DNA from: Chiloscyllium plagiosum
Lineage: Eukaryota
DNA length: 64,000 nucleotides
Direction of reading: 5' to 3'
NCBI RefSeq assembly: GCF_004010195.1
Contig: NC_057719.1
Location: 73,991,657 to 74,055,656, forward strand
Below are positions 1-12,599 of the stretch, one piece after another. Under the pieces are notes generated by a model that was given only the letters and a program-made list of their open reading frames with translations, had not been told where the DNA came from and did no database searches. How positions within the stretch are numbered: the first letter of the stretch is position 1; the number at the start of each line of letters is the position of its first letter. The translations under genes were made by a program, and so were the position numbers.

Positions 1-145
1 AGCTGACCTGATGATCCTCAACTCCACTTGCCTCCATCATCCCCATCACTCGTGATTTCTTTACTGAATAAAAATCTGTCTGTCAGCCCTGAATATACTT
101 AATGACCCAGCCTTAACAGCCCTTGGTGGCAAAGAATTCCACAAC
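1..145 (-). mobile_element. CR1 LINE 3'-end fragment (old)
   Basis: Resembles the antisense CR1 3' ends at 21590-21830 and 48512-48730 (ctgtctgtcagccctgaatatacttaatgac...ggcaaagaattccaca). Confidence 0.5.
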
Positions 146-2699
146 AGCTCATTTCTTCAATGCACAAAATGTGGTAAAGATTCAATGACGCAGTAAGCCT
201 CCGGTTTTAGAGAGATGCAATACACCAATGCTAAGCTACAATATTGACTGACTAGCCAAGGCAGAGTTCTGTGTCTGAAAGAGAACCTGGCTCCCTAGTG
301 TCTAAATTTCAGATTTTATTGCTAGTGGAAGATTGATGGAAGGCTGGATCTTTGTTCACATTAGAAAATTGGAAATATTTTTATCTTTGGGTCTGTTGGG
401 AAGTTTTTTAGAAATTTCACTTTTCATCAGTTGCAACCAGATGGGATTCAATGCAAATAACAGCATGAGCCTGCCCCCTTTTAATGTTCTTCTTAATCTG
501 AAATGGGCAGCATTAAAAATGCTGAAGTTACCTTCCATCTATGCATAAAGTGTAGTATAGCACCAACTAGTCTCCCTCAACTTCTTCTTCGTTACAAAGA
601 GTAAGGAATAGTCTTTGAAAATAAAACTGAACTTAAGTCGACTTGGGTTTCCCTTGTCTCCTTATTTCTTCAATTCATGTGACTGGCCCGTGAGCCTAAA
701 TTGGGAAGGCCTATACCATACCAGAGCATTGCAGTCACTGTTAACATACTTTGTCTGGAGTTGTACTCTGGGACAGACTAATTTCTTCAAAATAAAAATG
801 CATAGTCAGAATCAGAACACTGTTCACATTGTCTTAATAATTTGGTCCACTTTTATAATGTTATTTCCTGCAAATTTTAGGCTGTCTATTGTTAACTTTA
901 ATTTTTTTTTTCTTACAAGAAAATGTCTTCGTTAAATAGCAGAAAGGACTTCGATTCAAATATTGTTCTTGCAATACAGTAGACAGCAACTGGCCAAGTC
1001 GATTGAAAAAGTGCAAGTTGCTAATTGTGTTGGTACATATGGTGCAAAGACAGCAGCTTTTAATGGATGTGTTGCCATTTCGCAGGGCACTTTCTCTCTC
1101 GCAGTCTTGTCACACGTTGGGTAAGGAGGTGGTGAAGTTCCAAATAAGTGCTAAATTGGCAAAGAGGCTGTGCTGCCAATCCAGTGTTATGCATTTATAG
1201 TTGTAGCATAATGCAGAATAACTTAAACCCCATTTTTGTGTCACATAATATAATTTGTATGAAATATTGATAAAATTGATCTTTTTGGCATTGATAACTG
1301 TCTGTTTAGTGATACACGGCTGAAATTCTGTGAAGATGAAAACAAGACCCACATTATATACCTGATGTTAATGAGAAACGCAGATTATTGGCTCCATAAC
1401 CTGTGGAGATACAAAGTGAGCACCATCTGACTGAAGTTTTTTAATGCTCACTGATCTTTCCTTTTCACCCTTCATCCCTTTTTTTAGATAATATTGTATG
1501 ATGCCAATATCTCGCTGTTTCATCATAATACAGACCATTAATGATCTTGAGTAATTTGGTGATGTTAATAGTCTCCCTCAGTTCAAGAAATAGCCATTTC
1601 CTTCAGAGGTCCGTGGACTGCTTGCTACTTTACAATAATGTCCAATGTACCTCGTTGGCTGTTAAGTACTTTTGTGACACCCTGAGAGCATGAAAGGTGC
1701 TAGAGAAGGCGTCTTTCTGTTGGGCAGCAAGCCAAGCAGTGATTTCTCTGAAACAAGTGAAAGGCACTAACTAACTTTTAACCTCTTTTTAAAAATTCAA
1801 TTTTTTTTCATCTTTGAAAAAAAATTTTCTCTACAAAGAAACATGCAAACTACACAGGGCTGACAGTCCAACACCCATAGCTTTTGTGATAATCCTGAAC
1901 ATTGCATTCAGCTTGTCACCATCTGCACGATTATGAACATCTGTTTGCTTTCAACAACAGATATGTCCACCACTATGAATTAATTTCTAATGTTATTCTA
2001 GTAACCTTTGAAACCAATTGTGTTTATAAAGAAAAACACTAAGCAATTACAGTACATAAAATACTCTCCCTTGTAGTTTTAGAAACAGTAAATATTAAAT
2101 TTGCATGGCTGCCAAATATTATTTTAGCCTATTTAACTGTACCTCCTATTTGAGGTCATCTGAATAAAAACCACTTTACAAAAATTCAATGAGTTTTTAT
2201 TTTAATGAGAAATGTGTTAAGGCTGTAATCTCAGAATTGTGGTGATATGTCATCTACTCTAGCAAGCACTGAATCTCTGTGAATTGTCATGATAGTCAGA
2301 AGGGAAATGTTAGATGTGGAAAACAGTCTACATTTAATGAGTGTTTTAGGAAACTATCGCTTGTAATACAGGGTAGATTGGAATTTTCTTGCGAGAAGCT
2401 GTCCAACATTTATAAATAATGGCTGAATAAGAAGAAAAGAACCTCCCTCAGGAAGAAAACATAAATTTCACATCAGTCATCCTTTCGATTGACTGACCGT
2501 ATAATTAAGTGTCTTATTTCTGATAGGTGAAGGGGATTCTCGTGGCTTCCAATGATAGCTAGTAAACATCTAGTGTAGCTGGGTTGTTTTGACGGTCCTG
2601 TTTCATACTTTAGGTGTTCTATCTGGCAGAGTTATGTCAGGAGACAAATTTTAGTTTCTCTGTGGCTTATGTCGATGCACAAAATTGCATCTTTGAAAG

Positions 2700-3007
2700 A
2701 TGGTGTGGTAGTAATGCCAGTGGACAAGTAAACCAGAGACCAGGCTAGTGATCTGGATACATGGATTCGAATCCTGCATGTATCCAGATCACGAGCCATG
2801 GTATAAGTCTGGAACTGAAAGCTAGTCTCACTGATAGTGACCAGGGAATTAGCATCGATTTGTTGCAAAATGCCATCTGGTCTGCTAATGTCCTTGAGGG
2901 AAAGAAATCTGTCTTCCTCGTCTAACCTGAACTACATGTAGCACCAGACCCACTGCAATATGATTGACGCTTAACTGCCCTTTTGAAGTGGTCTAGCAAT
3001 ACACTCT
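2700..3007 (+). mobile_element. tRNA-derived SINE with CR1-type tail
   Basis: tRNA-like head (tggtgtggtagtaatg...ggattcgaatcc) and body (ctaatgtccttgagggaaagaaatctg...ccagacccactgcaat) shared with copies at 26830, 18070-19215 and 32270. Confidence 0.65.
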
Positions 3008-3024
3008 GTAATCAACTATTTTAG

Positions 3025-3520
3025 CTAGAGTGGTGTGTACAGTTCTGGAATCCATTTCTAAGAGGGATGTAATAGCACTGGAGACAGTACAGGGGAGATT
3101 TACCAGGGTGATACAGGGCTGAAGAGTTTTAGTTTAAAAACAAAGATTAGATTGACTGACTGGGCTTGTTTTCCTTGGAGCAGAGGAGATTGAGATGTAT
3201 AGAATTGAGGGGCATATCCAAGGTAGACAGGAAGAAAGTTTTTTTTCCCCTTGGTGAAGAGATCAAAGAACAGGGGCCATGGATTTAAGATACAAGGAAG
3301 GAGGTTCCAAGGATGCAAGGAAACTTTTCACGTTGAGGGTGTTGCGAAATCTGGAACTCGCTCCCTGAAAGCCTCCTAACATTTCAGTATTTAGGTGTGT
3401 CCTTGCAATACCAGGCATACAAAGCAATGGGCCAAATAGTTAGCTGGTTTTTGGCCAACACAGATTCAATGGGCTGAAGGACTTTTTTTCTATGCCATAG
3501 CTCTGACTCCATGGCTCTAC
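3025..3520 (+). mobile_element. CR1 LINE 3' fragment (diverged)
   Basis: Decayed VQFW-P...LE-VQ-RFTR-I...LGLFSLE coding motifs followed by a CR1-type 3' UTR. Confidence 0.7.
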
Positions 3521-4159
3521 TGCACTGTAGAAGTTCAAGAACAAGGCTTACTCGTACCTCCTTAAGGGCCTTTACTGCACTGTTATGTTCTAATTGGGCG
3601 TGAGTGCCAAATTTTGCCCTTGCCAGCCTTGGCCCGCAAGAAGGAATATAAGAAAGAAAAACCTGAAAGCAAGATCTCTTGGACATTTTTACTGCATAAA
3701 TTGAGGATTAGAAATTAATAAATGTGTGCCTAAGCAACAGTGAGTGGTGTGCATGGCCATGTTTCTATCAGAACTGCCTGTATCTGGGTAAAGGTTCCAG
3801 TGTAAAGATTTGCACTCCCACCCCATTCCAATTCCTGGCAACGCTTTTAGCACATACAACATTGAAGTTACCCTAAATGAAATTGGACTCTCCAGACTAT
3901 CATGCAGAATCGCTGTCATTTGATATTTAAAAAGGTGCTTCAATATGGAGCTGGGTTGGCAGGAGTTCTAAAGATCATTGATTTAACTTAATTCTTCCCC
4001 ATTCCCCAGGACCTATGTGAAAGTTGGTGCTGGGGAGACCACTAGCAAGTTGGCGACATGCTAATGTGGCCCGATTCTAGTTGAGCTGATAATGTCTGGT
4101 GCTGCCTCCCACAGCACCATCAATCTCAGTCTTGAACACAAGCCAAAAGGACCCAAAAA

Positions 4160-4345
4160 CTGAAGTAATTGCGGAAGCTGGAAATCTGAAACAAAATTAG
4201 AAATCGCTGGAAAACCTCAGTGGGTCTGGCAGCATCTGTGGAAAGGATTCTGAGTTAATGTTTCGGGTCCACTCACTGGACACGACATGTTAACTCTGAA
4301 TTCTCTCAACAGACACTGATACACCGGCTGAGATTTTCCAGCGAT
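4160..4345. mobile_element. Palindromic Penelope-like terminal-repeat element
   Basis: Arms aaatcgctggaaaacctcag...gagttaatg and catgttaactc...ctgagattttccagcgattt are inverted; same family as the pLTR of the GIY-YIG-bearing element at 34470. Confidence 0.7.
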
Positions 4346-4882
4346 TTTTCTCTTTTTGTTTGACAAACCCAAATGCATTTCCATGTGTAAACTGCCAGGA
4401 CAAAATATTGTGAATGGGTCAGATCAGTTGGTAATTAAGCTAATAAGCAAATCTATAGTTGACAAAGTGAATCAAAAGTGGATGAAAGAACCAATCTGGA
4501 ATGTGTAACTAAATCCTTCTTCAGCAATCGGCTAAAGTAACAAATAATTTATTCTCTATTGTTTATTTTGATGTTCTTTCTTGTTCCAGTTCAAGTAAAT
4601 GACTAAAATGAAATGTAAAGATTCATTTTAAAAATAATAAATTCCAAACTATCTCCATCTCTAACGAGAGAGAGTCTAATCGGAGCTCTTTGACATTTAG
4701 TAGCAATGCCATCACTGAATTCCTTCCAGTATCAACATACTGGGGTTACCATTGACCAGTACTGAACTAGACTAGCCATGTAAGTACTGTGGCAAGTCAG
4801 AGGCTAGGACCTCCTCAGAGTCTTTAATACCTACAGGTCGCAAGTGAGGGATATGATGGAATGCTTCCCACTTCCCTGTATG

Positions 4883-4970
4883 AAGTTAAAAATCGCACAA
4901 CATCAGGTTAAAGTCCAACAGGTTTATTTGGAAGCACTAGCTTTCGGAGCACTGCCTTTCATCAGGTGGT
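4883..4970 (-). mobile_element. Penelope-like pLTR fragment with hammerhead motif
   Basis: Minus strand reads cacctgatgaaaggcagtgctccgaaagctagtgcttccaaataaacctgttggac; same family as 37295-37418. Confidence 0.7.
4935..4968 (-). ncRNA. Minimal type I hammerhead ribozyme motif (stem II damaged)
   Basis: CAC-CUGAUGA-aaggcagugcucc-GAAA-GCUA-GUG: intact core, stem I CAC/GUG, palindromic AGCU stem III. Confidence 0.55.
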
Positions 4971-7146
4971 CCTCCAATTCCTTTCAGGATGAATGCAACT
5001 CCAACCACGTTAAAGATGCTTGACATCATTTAGGGCAAAGCAGCCCCCTTGATTGGCACTGCATCCACAAACCTTCATTCCTTTCACCACCAACATTCAG
5101 CAGCACCAGTGTTTGCCATCTGCAAGATGCGGTGCGGAAATTCTCCCAGGCTCCCGAGACAGTTGCCTTCCAAACCCACAACGGTTGGCATCTAGAAATA
5201 GAAAGGCAGCAGACGCATGGAAACATCACCATCTGCAAGTTCCCCTCCAAGCCACACTCCACCTTTAATTTGGAAACCAATTGTTGTTCCTTTAGTGTCG
5301 CAGGGTCAAAATATTGGAATTCCTCCTCACGGCATTTTGAATCTCCCACAGATTGCAGCAGTTCAAGAAGGCAGCTCACCCACCATTTTCTTGAAGGCAA
5401 CTAGGGATGGGCAACAAAGTGTTGGCCAAGCCGCCATTGCCCATAACCCATACACAGATTTTTATTTTTATTTTAACAAGCTAGCCTTTAGACTGAACGT
5501 TGCCTTTGTAGTTCAGTGGGGTCAGCATATGTTCATAAGTTGACCTTCATTGGTAAGTAAACAAGGTTTTGTAGTGAATGTTGGGGGAGAAAAGAAACAC
5601 AAGATGTAGTAAGGTTTTACTTTCTCCTGCTGTATTTCAAATGGAGTTTAACAGAGAATGACTTCCATCTAGGCCATGGAACTGTTCAAAAATGGGGAGA
5701 TCATCCATTCGAGAAAGGTTGTGCTCCTTATTTCGCTGATAAGATATCACGAGCTCCTTTGAGCATTGCCGCTTTGGCTAGGGATTCAACCCTTTGTTTT
5801 TGTGGGTATGAATTTCTGACCTTCCTGGTTCTAAGCTGAGAAGTTTGCAACCTTGGCAAAACTGATTTGAATTCCTGAGCAAATAGCAATAGTTGAGATG
5901 TGACCTTCTGAAGAAAGATGTTCTGCTGAACTGGTTCAAGATGGGAGTGGGACGCCTGTGTGAAATGAGGGGGGCAGAAAGGAGAATACTGCGGAGAATG
6001 GACTGGAAAATGGGGGAAAAAGTGAGGCAAACTGGCTGATAGCATGAGAAGATACCAGTGGCGATCAGCTGGAGTTGGTGAGGCTGAAGCATTTCTTTGT
6101 GTGAAAAGAGCTCCTCTTTAATGTGCTCATCCTGAACTAGAAACAGTGACTTTATTTATTGGTTTCAGTTATGTGGCATTTACCATCTGACTTGGGAACA
6201 TCGAAAAGGGAGTTTGAAACCATTTCAACCCAGTTCTACCCTTGAAATCGATTACGGCTGATCTTGATCTTAACTCTCTATCCATCTTTGGTTTCATAAA
6301 CATTTTGAAGCATTGAGTTTGTGTTTTCCAGTACTAGTTTGAAAAACTGCTCAAAAACTTCACTGCTAAGCATGTACAGCGCAACTTCAATAATCCGTTT
6401 GTGACTGAAGAATGAAAGGTTTCCTGACCACCTTGGAAGCAAAAAATGCCCAGGCACAAGAATACTACAGCCAAACCCTGTACCAGAATGGCTCAAAAGC
6501 AGCAAAGGGATAACAATAATTGCACCATCTAGTGAGGCTCCCCTTGAAAGAGTTCTATGGACCGCAGTAAAGAACTCTAGGGAAAACAAAATAAATCTCC
6601 TTGAAGTAGCAACCAAAGAATAACGATTTATGGGAAGCCAAAGCAGCAGATTTTGATGACAGCTGGCAAACCAGTCAGGGAACATATCAGCAAAATGAAG
6701 AAGGAACAGTTTGACAGAGTGAATACCAAATGCCCTCAACAGCACCTGACCTCTCTGCTCATGGATTCCAATCCTATTTTCTGCAGGAACGTCCCTTAAA
6801 CCAAAGGAAGACCAACCCAAATCTGAAGAGAAGATCCCATTATTCCTACTTTTAACTGGAAGCGACAAGCCCAGCCGCTGGACCTTTCACCTCCTGCCCA
6901 GATCTGACCTGTAAAATACCATTGGTTTCAACTCCCTGTATGCTACATTTCAGTACATCAACAATTAGTGGAAAAGTATTGGCCTAGCAAAGTTTGTTGA
7001 AATGAAATTATTTTTCTATGTCCACACGAGTCGATAGAAGAGGATCTTTTATCTGAAGCACCTTACAAGCATAAAGATAAATTTAGGGACCTCTGTCGAT
7101 CTTTTGGTCATTGCTTTTGATGTTGCTTGGTCAGTTAATTATACTG

Positions 7147-7223
7147 AATGTGTTGCTGGAAAAGCACAGCAGGTCAGGCAGCATCCAGGGAACAGGAGAA
7201 TCGACGTTTCGGGCATAAGCCCT
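7147..7223 (-). mobile_element. 77-bp Penelope-like pLTR fragment with 16-bp TSD
   Basis: tcagttaattatactg at 7131-7146 and 7224-7239 flanks a fragment matching the arms at 44295 and 45024. Confidence 0.75.
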
Positions 7224-10100
7224 TCAGTTAATTATACTGGACTTGCTGGATATGGGAGCAATGCCATCATTTGCCAATCACTTTTTTTTTTGGCTTTAAA
7301 CCTTCTCCTCCCTGCCCCTTTATGGCAAGATTGTGTTAATGTTTTAAAACTACTTTTCTAGATTAATGTTTGTTACTTGCTCCTAGCCTCAACGCTAGCA
7401 TGTGGAGTTTTCAGTTTTTTCCTAGAAGCCTTGAACCCTGTTTCACCTTGTGCAAGATCATGGAACAGAAATGAGTCACGAATGCTGGTCTTGCCAATGA
7501 TGTTCATATGTCACAAGCATAGATGTGTATAGTACTGAAGTATATTGTGAGAAGTGATCCATGGTGATGAGACCATCAAATAGGCAGTCAACTCTTCTCT
7601 TTTCCCTGCCCACTCCCACACCCCAAAAATCTATTTCTGAAGCCTTCTATCTTTTTTGTGTAAGCCTTTTTTTTTACGTGCTCCATCCAATTGTGGTATA
7701 GAGTGCTTCACTAAATTGAGTGTATTAGTGTCGGGAAAACATGCTGGTGCGAGCAGGCATGGTAAATGCCTGGCTGGGTGATTGCTCTGTCCATTTCAAA
7801 ATTGACTAATTATTTCCACTCCAGTCCTTGGCATTATTTTGACTTTCATGATTTTACTATCAAGCCAAACTGCAATTGTTTCTTAGAATTGCCCCATAGT
7901 GTGCTTCAGTGACTTGCTTCTGGAAGCAGCTTGTGAATTATTCCATGAGGTAGCCACCGTGTTGAAAAGGTTGATCCCTTTAGATGTGTTTACAAAGTAT
8001 ATGTAAGACAGATTTACACAATAAACCAAATTACTTCCTGGAAAAGTAAACTCTGCAAACAACATTGTGAGAAATTGGAGTTTGTCTGCCTCCAAATACA
8101 GTATGTGTACTGTTCGACTGAAGAGTCCAATATGTTCGTTTGAAGTCTCTAAAGGTGATTTGAATGACCTTTTTTTGAAGTTTCAGTTTGGGAGCAATGG
8201 CCTTCAAGAATTCTTTCTGGTATTGTGCACATTCTTAACTGATGACTTTGTGTTTACTTGCTGTTTTTGACTTTTTTTTAATGTTGGATTTTTATAAGGC
8301 GAGGCATATTTTACCCAAGGCTTAAATATATTGTCTTCCAATTTGTTCGTTTATGTTCTATTTGACATATGGCTCTGTATGCGTTCTTACTGACAATATC
8401 AGATGTGACCACATGTAGAGGTGGAAAGTGCCATGTATAATTTCTGGCATTCCATGTGAACATGGGAGTAAGAGCAGTCTATTGCACAACTTCTTTTAAC
8501 TCTTTATTTAAATGTTTACAAATCGATCTTAATTTGAATGTTGCAATAAAGCATAAAAGTAGATATCACCTCCTTATTTTCATACATAAACTTATAACAC
8601 TGGCTGTCAAGTGGAAGGAGAACTCTATGCACAGGCTAAGTGAATCCCACAGGGAGGAAGATAGATTTTTGGCAGATATTTTGGACTTAATTAATTACAC
8701 AACATGAATGGCAAATGTAGCTTTTAAATATCTCTGCTCGACACTTTGTGAGAATTCTGCCTGGCTGGACAGATTTATGTCAACTTGGGAAAATAACATA
8801 CATTTGTTTTCTTTAGTTATGTGAAGGACATGATGAGCTTGAAAGCTTTTGAATTTCATAACTTCTCTATCACCAGAATGCTTTGCTTTTTGGATTCCAA
8901 ATTACATCATGGCATAACTTCTGGCTGTTGGCGATGATCAAACCGTGCTTTATATACACACCTTCACAATTCTTGTTTGATACTATTTCTGTTTCATATT
9001 GTGAATGTGTTCACTGGAATAATTATTGGCTGTGTGGCTTAAGATTAAAAGTATGTTTTGGTTTTCTCTCTTTTTTGTCGTCTTGTAATTATTTAATGTG
9101 AGACATGAATGTAGGCATTTCTCAAATACGTAGTGAACTCAGCAACGCAATATTTCAGCATTTGGCCTGTGATTTCCAGGACTTAACCTCTTACCCAGGA
9201 ATAGTTTCATATTTTTAAGTTAAACAAATGAATCTTGCCTGACTTGGCGCGGGTTATTGGTCAGCACAGATCCACACAAAACTATATATGCATTTAGTAG
9301 CTACATCAGAGGGGCCCTAAGGAAATGCAAGTGCAGAAGTTTATGATGTGGAGTTTAGAAATATTGGGCACACCGAAGGGAGCTTTATACTCCATCTAAC
9401 TCCTGTGGTACTGTGTTTGATGTCATCGCTGGGCCTAATAGTTTAAATTTCAGTGAACTCCCAACAAAGTTCACTGTGGGTTTTTGAATTATATTTTTCT
9501 CTTTTTAAATAACATAGCTCTTGCACAGTTCCTGTTTGTGTGGCAGCTATGTTTGCAATTGTGTGGTTTTGTGCAATAAAGTCAGCTTGACTAGAAGCAT
9601 ACTGCCCTATATCACAAAGAGAACCCATTTGACCCACGGCATCTGTACCAGTTCTTGTAAAAGCTGGTCCTTTTATTCTCCTGTCCCAAATTTTTATAAT
9701 TACCTTTTATAGATTAGAGTTTTTGAAATCGGTAACAATCTATTTCAAATAATAGGTCAAGGAATTGAATGGAAGTGAGGAGAAATTTTCACAAGGAGGG
9801 TTATTGAATTTTGAAAGACACTGTCTGAATATTGGCCGAAGCAGATGCCATTGAAAACTTGAAATGGACATGTACTTAAGAGTAGTTTGCAACTCTTTAG
9901 AAGAACAGGTATACTGGTTGAAGAAGCTTTCTGTGCTATGATATTCTGTAACTGATTATTTGTGAAATAAAATCCCTACAGCTCAGGTTGTTGGTGTGTA
10001 TTGCAGTGTCATTGTTGCTAATAATTTAATTGTTAGCACATGCCAGTCTGGTACAGCAAAAGTTGAATGGTAGGGAAAGCTTCCTCTGCTGTGCCCAAAC

Positions 10101-10440
10101 AATAAATGAGGGTAATAGGGTGAAAAACCAAGGTGTTTTCCCCAGAGCAGGGAGTCCAAAACTAGAGTGCAGAGGTTTTAGATGAGGAAAAAGATATAAA
10201 AAGGACTGAAGGCACAACTTTTTCCACAGAGTGATGTATGTATGGAATGAGTTACCAGAGGAAGTGGTGCAGGTGGATACATTTAAAAGGCAACTGGATG
10301 GGTGCATGAATGGGAAGCATTTAGAGGGATATGGGCCAAGTGCTGGAAAACGGAACTAGATTAATTTAAAATATCTGTTCGGCATGGACAGAGTTGGACC
10401 AAAGGGTCAGTTTCTGTGCTGAACATGTCTATGACTCTAA
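10101..10440 (+). mobile_element. CR1 LINE 3' end
   Basis: FP...ESKTR...WNELPEEVV...FKR-LDG-MN motifs and tctatgactct tail. Confidence 0.85.
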
Positions 10441-11177
10441 TGTGCATCAACTAGAAAATCTGGTAAAAGTAGCTATTTATAGAGTGATGCCTTGTGCTGG
10501 TAACACACACTTAAAATGATCAGAAATGTGCATTGATCATAACTGATTCTGTGATACATTCCAGGCTTGTCAGGGTAAACTTAAAAACATTTTGTAACAG
10601 AAGAAAGCTTTCAGTACTCGAAGTTATTTGGATCTTAGCCCTAACCCAATTTTGACTTTAACTTTAAGAAAAAGCACTAATGCCTCAGTAATAATAATGT
10701 GACTAACTTGAAAATTGAGAAAATAGCTACATGTAAAAGTTGAGTAATCCTGAGGGAAGTTTATGTAGGTACCAAAATCAATTTGAATTATTAGTGAAAT
10801 AGAATTGGTAAATAAATATTGTCACATTCTCAATGTTATTAGCGCATTAATCCTTTAAATCCACAATTAACTAAAATATCTTAATTCAGTGTACAAATTA
10901 AATGGTTTCTAGCAGTAATAAAGCATCAAGCAACATTCAAAATATCTAAATGTCAGCCATTTACCTGTAATTTGAAGGAAATCACTGTGTCAAGAGGAAG
11001 ACTGGCTCCTAATTATTCAGGAAGAAGCTGGGTTTAGACAAGTGCTCTCATGATGCCCATGTTAAACAGACTGATCCATTTCTTTTTAAAAGCTGATTAT
11101 CTGAGACTATATGCGGTGAAGATAAGTGGTTAAGCAACCTTTAAAAGCCCTTTTTTTTTTTTGTATTTGATATCAAT

Positions 11178-11335
11178 TTAGAGTTCAGACCCAGAGGGCA
11201 TAGTTTAGGGTGAGGAGAAAGATCTAAAAGAGACCTGAGGGGCAACATTTTCATGAAGAGGGTGGGTGCATGTATGGAATGAGCTGCCAGATGAAATGGT
11301 GGAGGCTGGTACAATTGCAACTGGATGGGTATAAG
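11178..11335 (+). mobile_element. CR1 LINE fragment
   Basis: agagggcatagtttagggtgagg...tatggaatgagctgccag matches the other CR1 copies. Confidence 0.75.
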
Positions 11336-11344
11336 CATAGAAAG

Positions 11345-11680
11345 GCTGATGCTCCAGTGACGTGGAAGGAGTGCTGCACTGCCTTCTTTTAGATAAGACT
11401 TTAAACTAAGGCCCCATTTTCTCTCTCTTGGTTTTCTAAAGGATCCCATTGCATTACATGGAAGGAGAGGGTAGATCTATGTTGATCTAGCTGATGTTTA
11501 TTCTCAATTAGCATTATCTAAAAACAGATTATCTGGATATTGGCATATTGCTCCTTGTAGGAGTTTACTGGGCACAGATTGGCAAAAATTATCAGTGACA
11601 ACAGTTCAAATTTACGTCATTGGTCACCAAGGTGACAGGATATGCTCAGTCTGCGAAAGGCACAATATAAGTGCACCTTG
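11345..11680 (+). mobile_element. Deu-domain SINE (SacSINE1/AmnSINE1-like)
   Basis: gagtgctgcact...aaactaaggcccc...aaggatccc...aaaacagattatctgg...gaaaggcacaatataagtgca, the remembered DeuSINE central domain and tail. Confidence 0.65.
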
Positions 11681-11974
11681 TCTCTGTCCTAATGTTTATT
11701 TTCATGGTCCACCAAGATGACAAATACATTGTTGTTAATGTTTCTTGGAGGGTACTTAGACAGCACGTACACTTTCCGTGTGTGGTTTTCCCATATCTGA
11801 CTATTTGTTTCAAGTTTTGTTTCCAAAGAGAATGGGGAAAGGGAGAATTTTAAAGTTGAAGTGTTACTTGAATGGAAACCAATGTAGGTCCATGATCCCA
11901 GCAATGGGTGAACTGGACTTGGCATGAGTGAGGACATTGCTAGCATTTTCTGGATGAGACTGTTTTACAAATGA

Positions 11975-12580
11975 TGGCCAAGTGTTTGGAATGGTCAAGT
12001 CTGGAAATAATAATAATAATAATGGTGCAAATGAATATTTCAGCAACAGTTGAGCTGAGGCAGACAGAGAATCAGGTAATATTATTGGAGATGAAAATAG
12101 ATGATCAAAGTATTGGTGGAGATACATGGTCAGGGGTACACCTTGGGGCCAGGTATGACACCAATGTTGCAAGCAGTTGTGTTCGGTCTTGAAAGTTACC
12201 GGGGAGAGGGATAGAGTCGGTAGCGATGTGGCAGTGTATGTTGCAGAGACTGAGACAGTGGCTTTGGTCTTCCCCATGTTTCGTAGGAGGAAATTTCTAC
12301 TCCTGATATTTGATATATCAATCAGCCCAAATTTAGCAGTAGTCATGAGACTGGATAGAGTGGGATGTCATCGGCAAGTGTGAAAAATATTTTTTTTTTT
12401 GCAGCAGTAACTGGAATCAAGCTTGTTACAAAATAGGTAAAAACTGGAAAGTTGGAAGTTTGCCCGCTGGAAAGATGGTGAATATTGGAGCCTGAGGTTA
12501 AATGTTCAAGCATCAATTGTTCAGGAGTTATTTCCTCCACGCACGGTTCATAGCCAGTGTTAGCCACAGTGTAGGTAGAT
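11975..12580 (-). mobile_element. L2-clade LINE reverse transcriptase C-terminal remnant
   Basis: ORF segment LIDISNIRSRNFLLRNMGKTKATV resembles L2 LSDIxxWMSRNFLQLNxGKTEAIV; decayed. Confidence 0.6.
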
Positions 12581-12599
12581 ATTCTGGAAGTCCTGTTTA

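Larger units (their letters stand above)
4700..5455 (+). mobile_element. CR1-clade LINE 3' part, interrupted by a Penelope-like fragment
   Basis: Decayed ILGVTID..L-WTSH, QVR-MME, LDII-GKAA-LI motifs; tail cagttcaagaaggcagctcacc...gggatgggcaac shared with 28740 and 51750. Confidence 0.75.
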
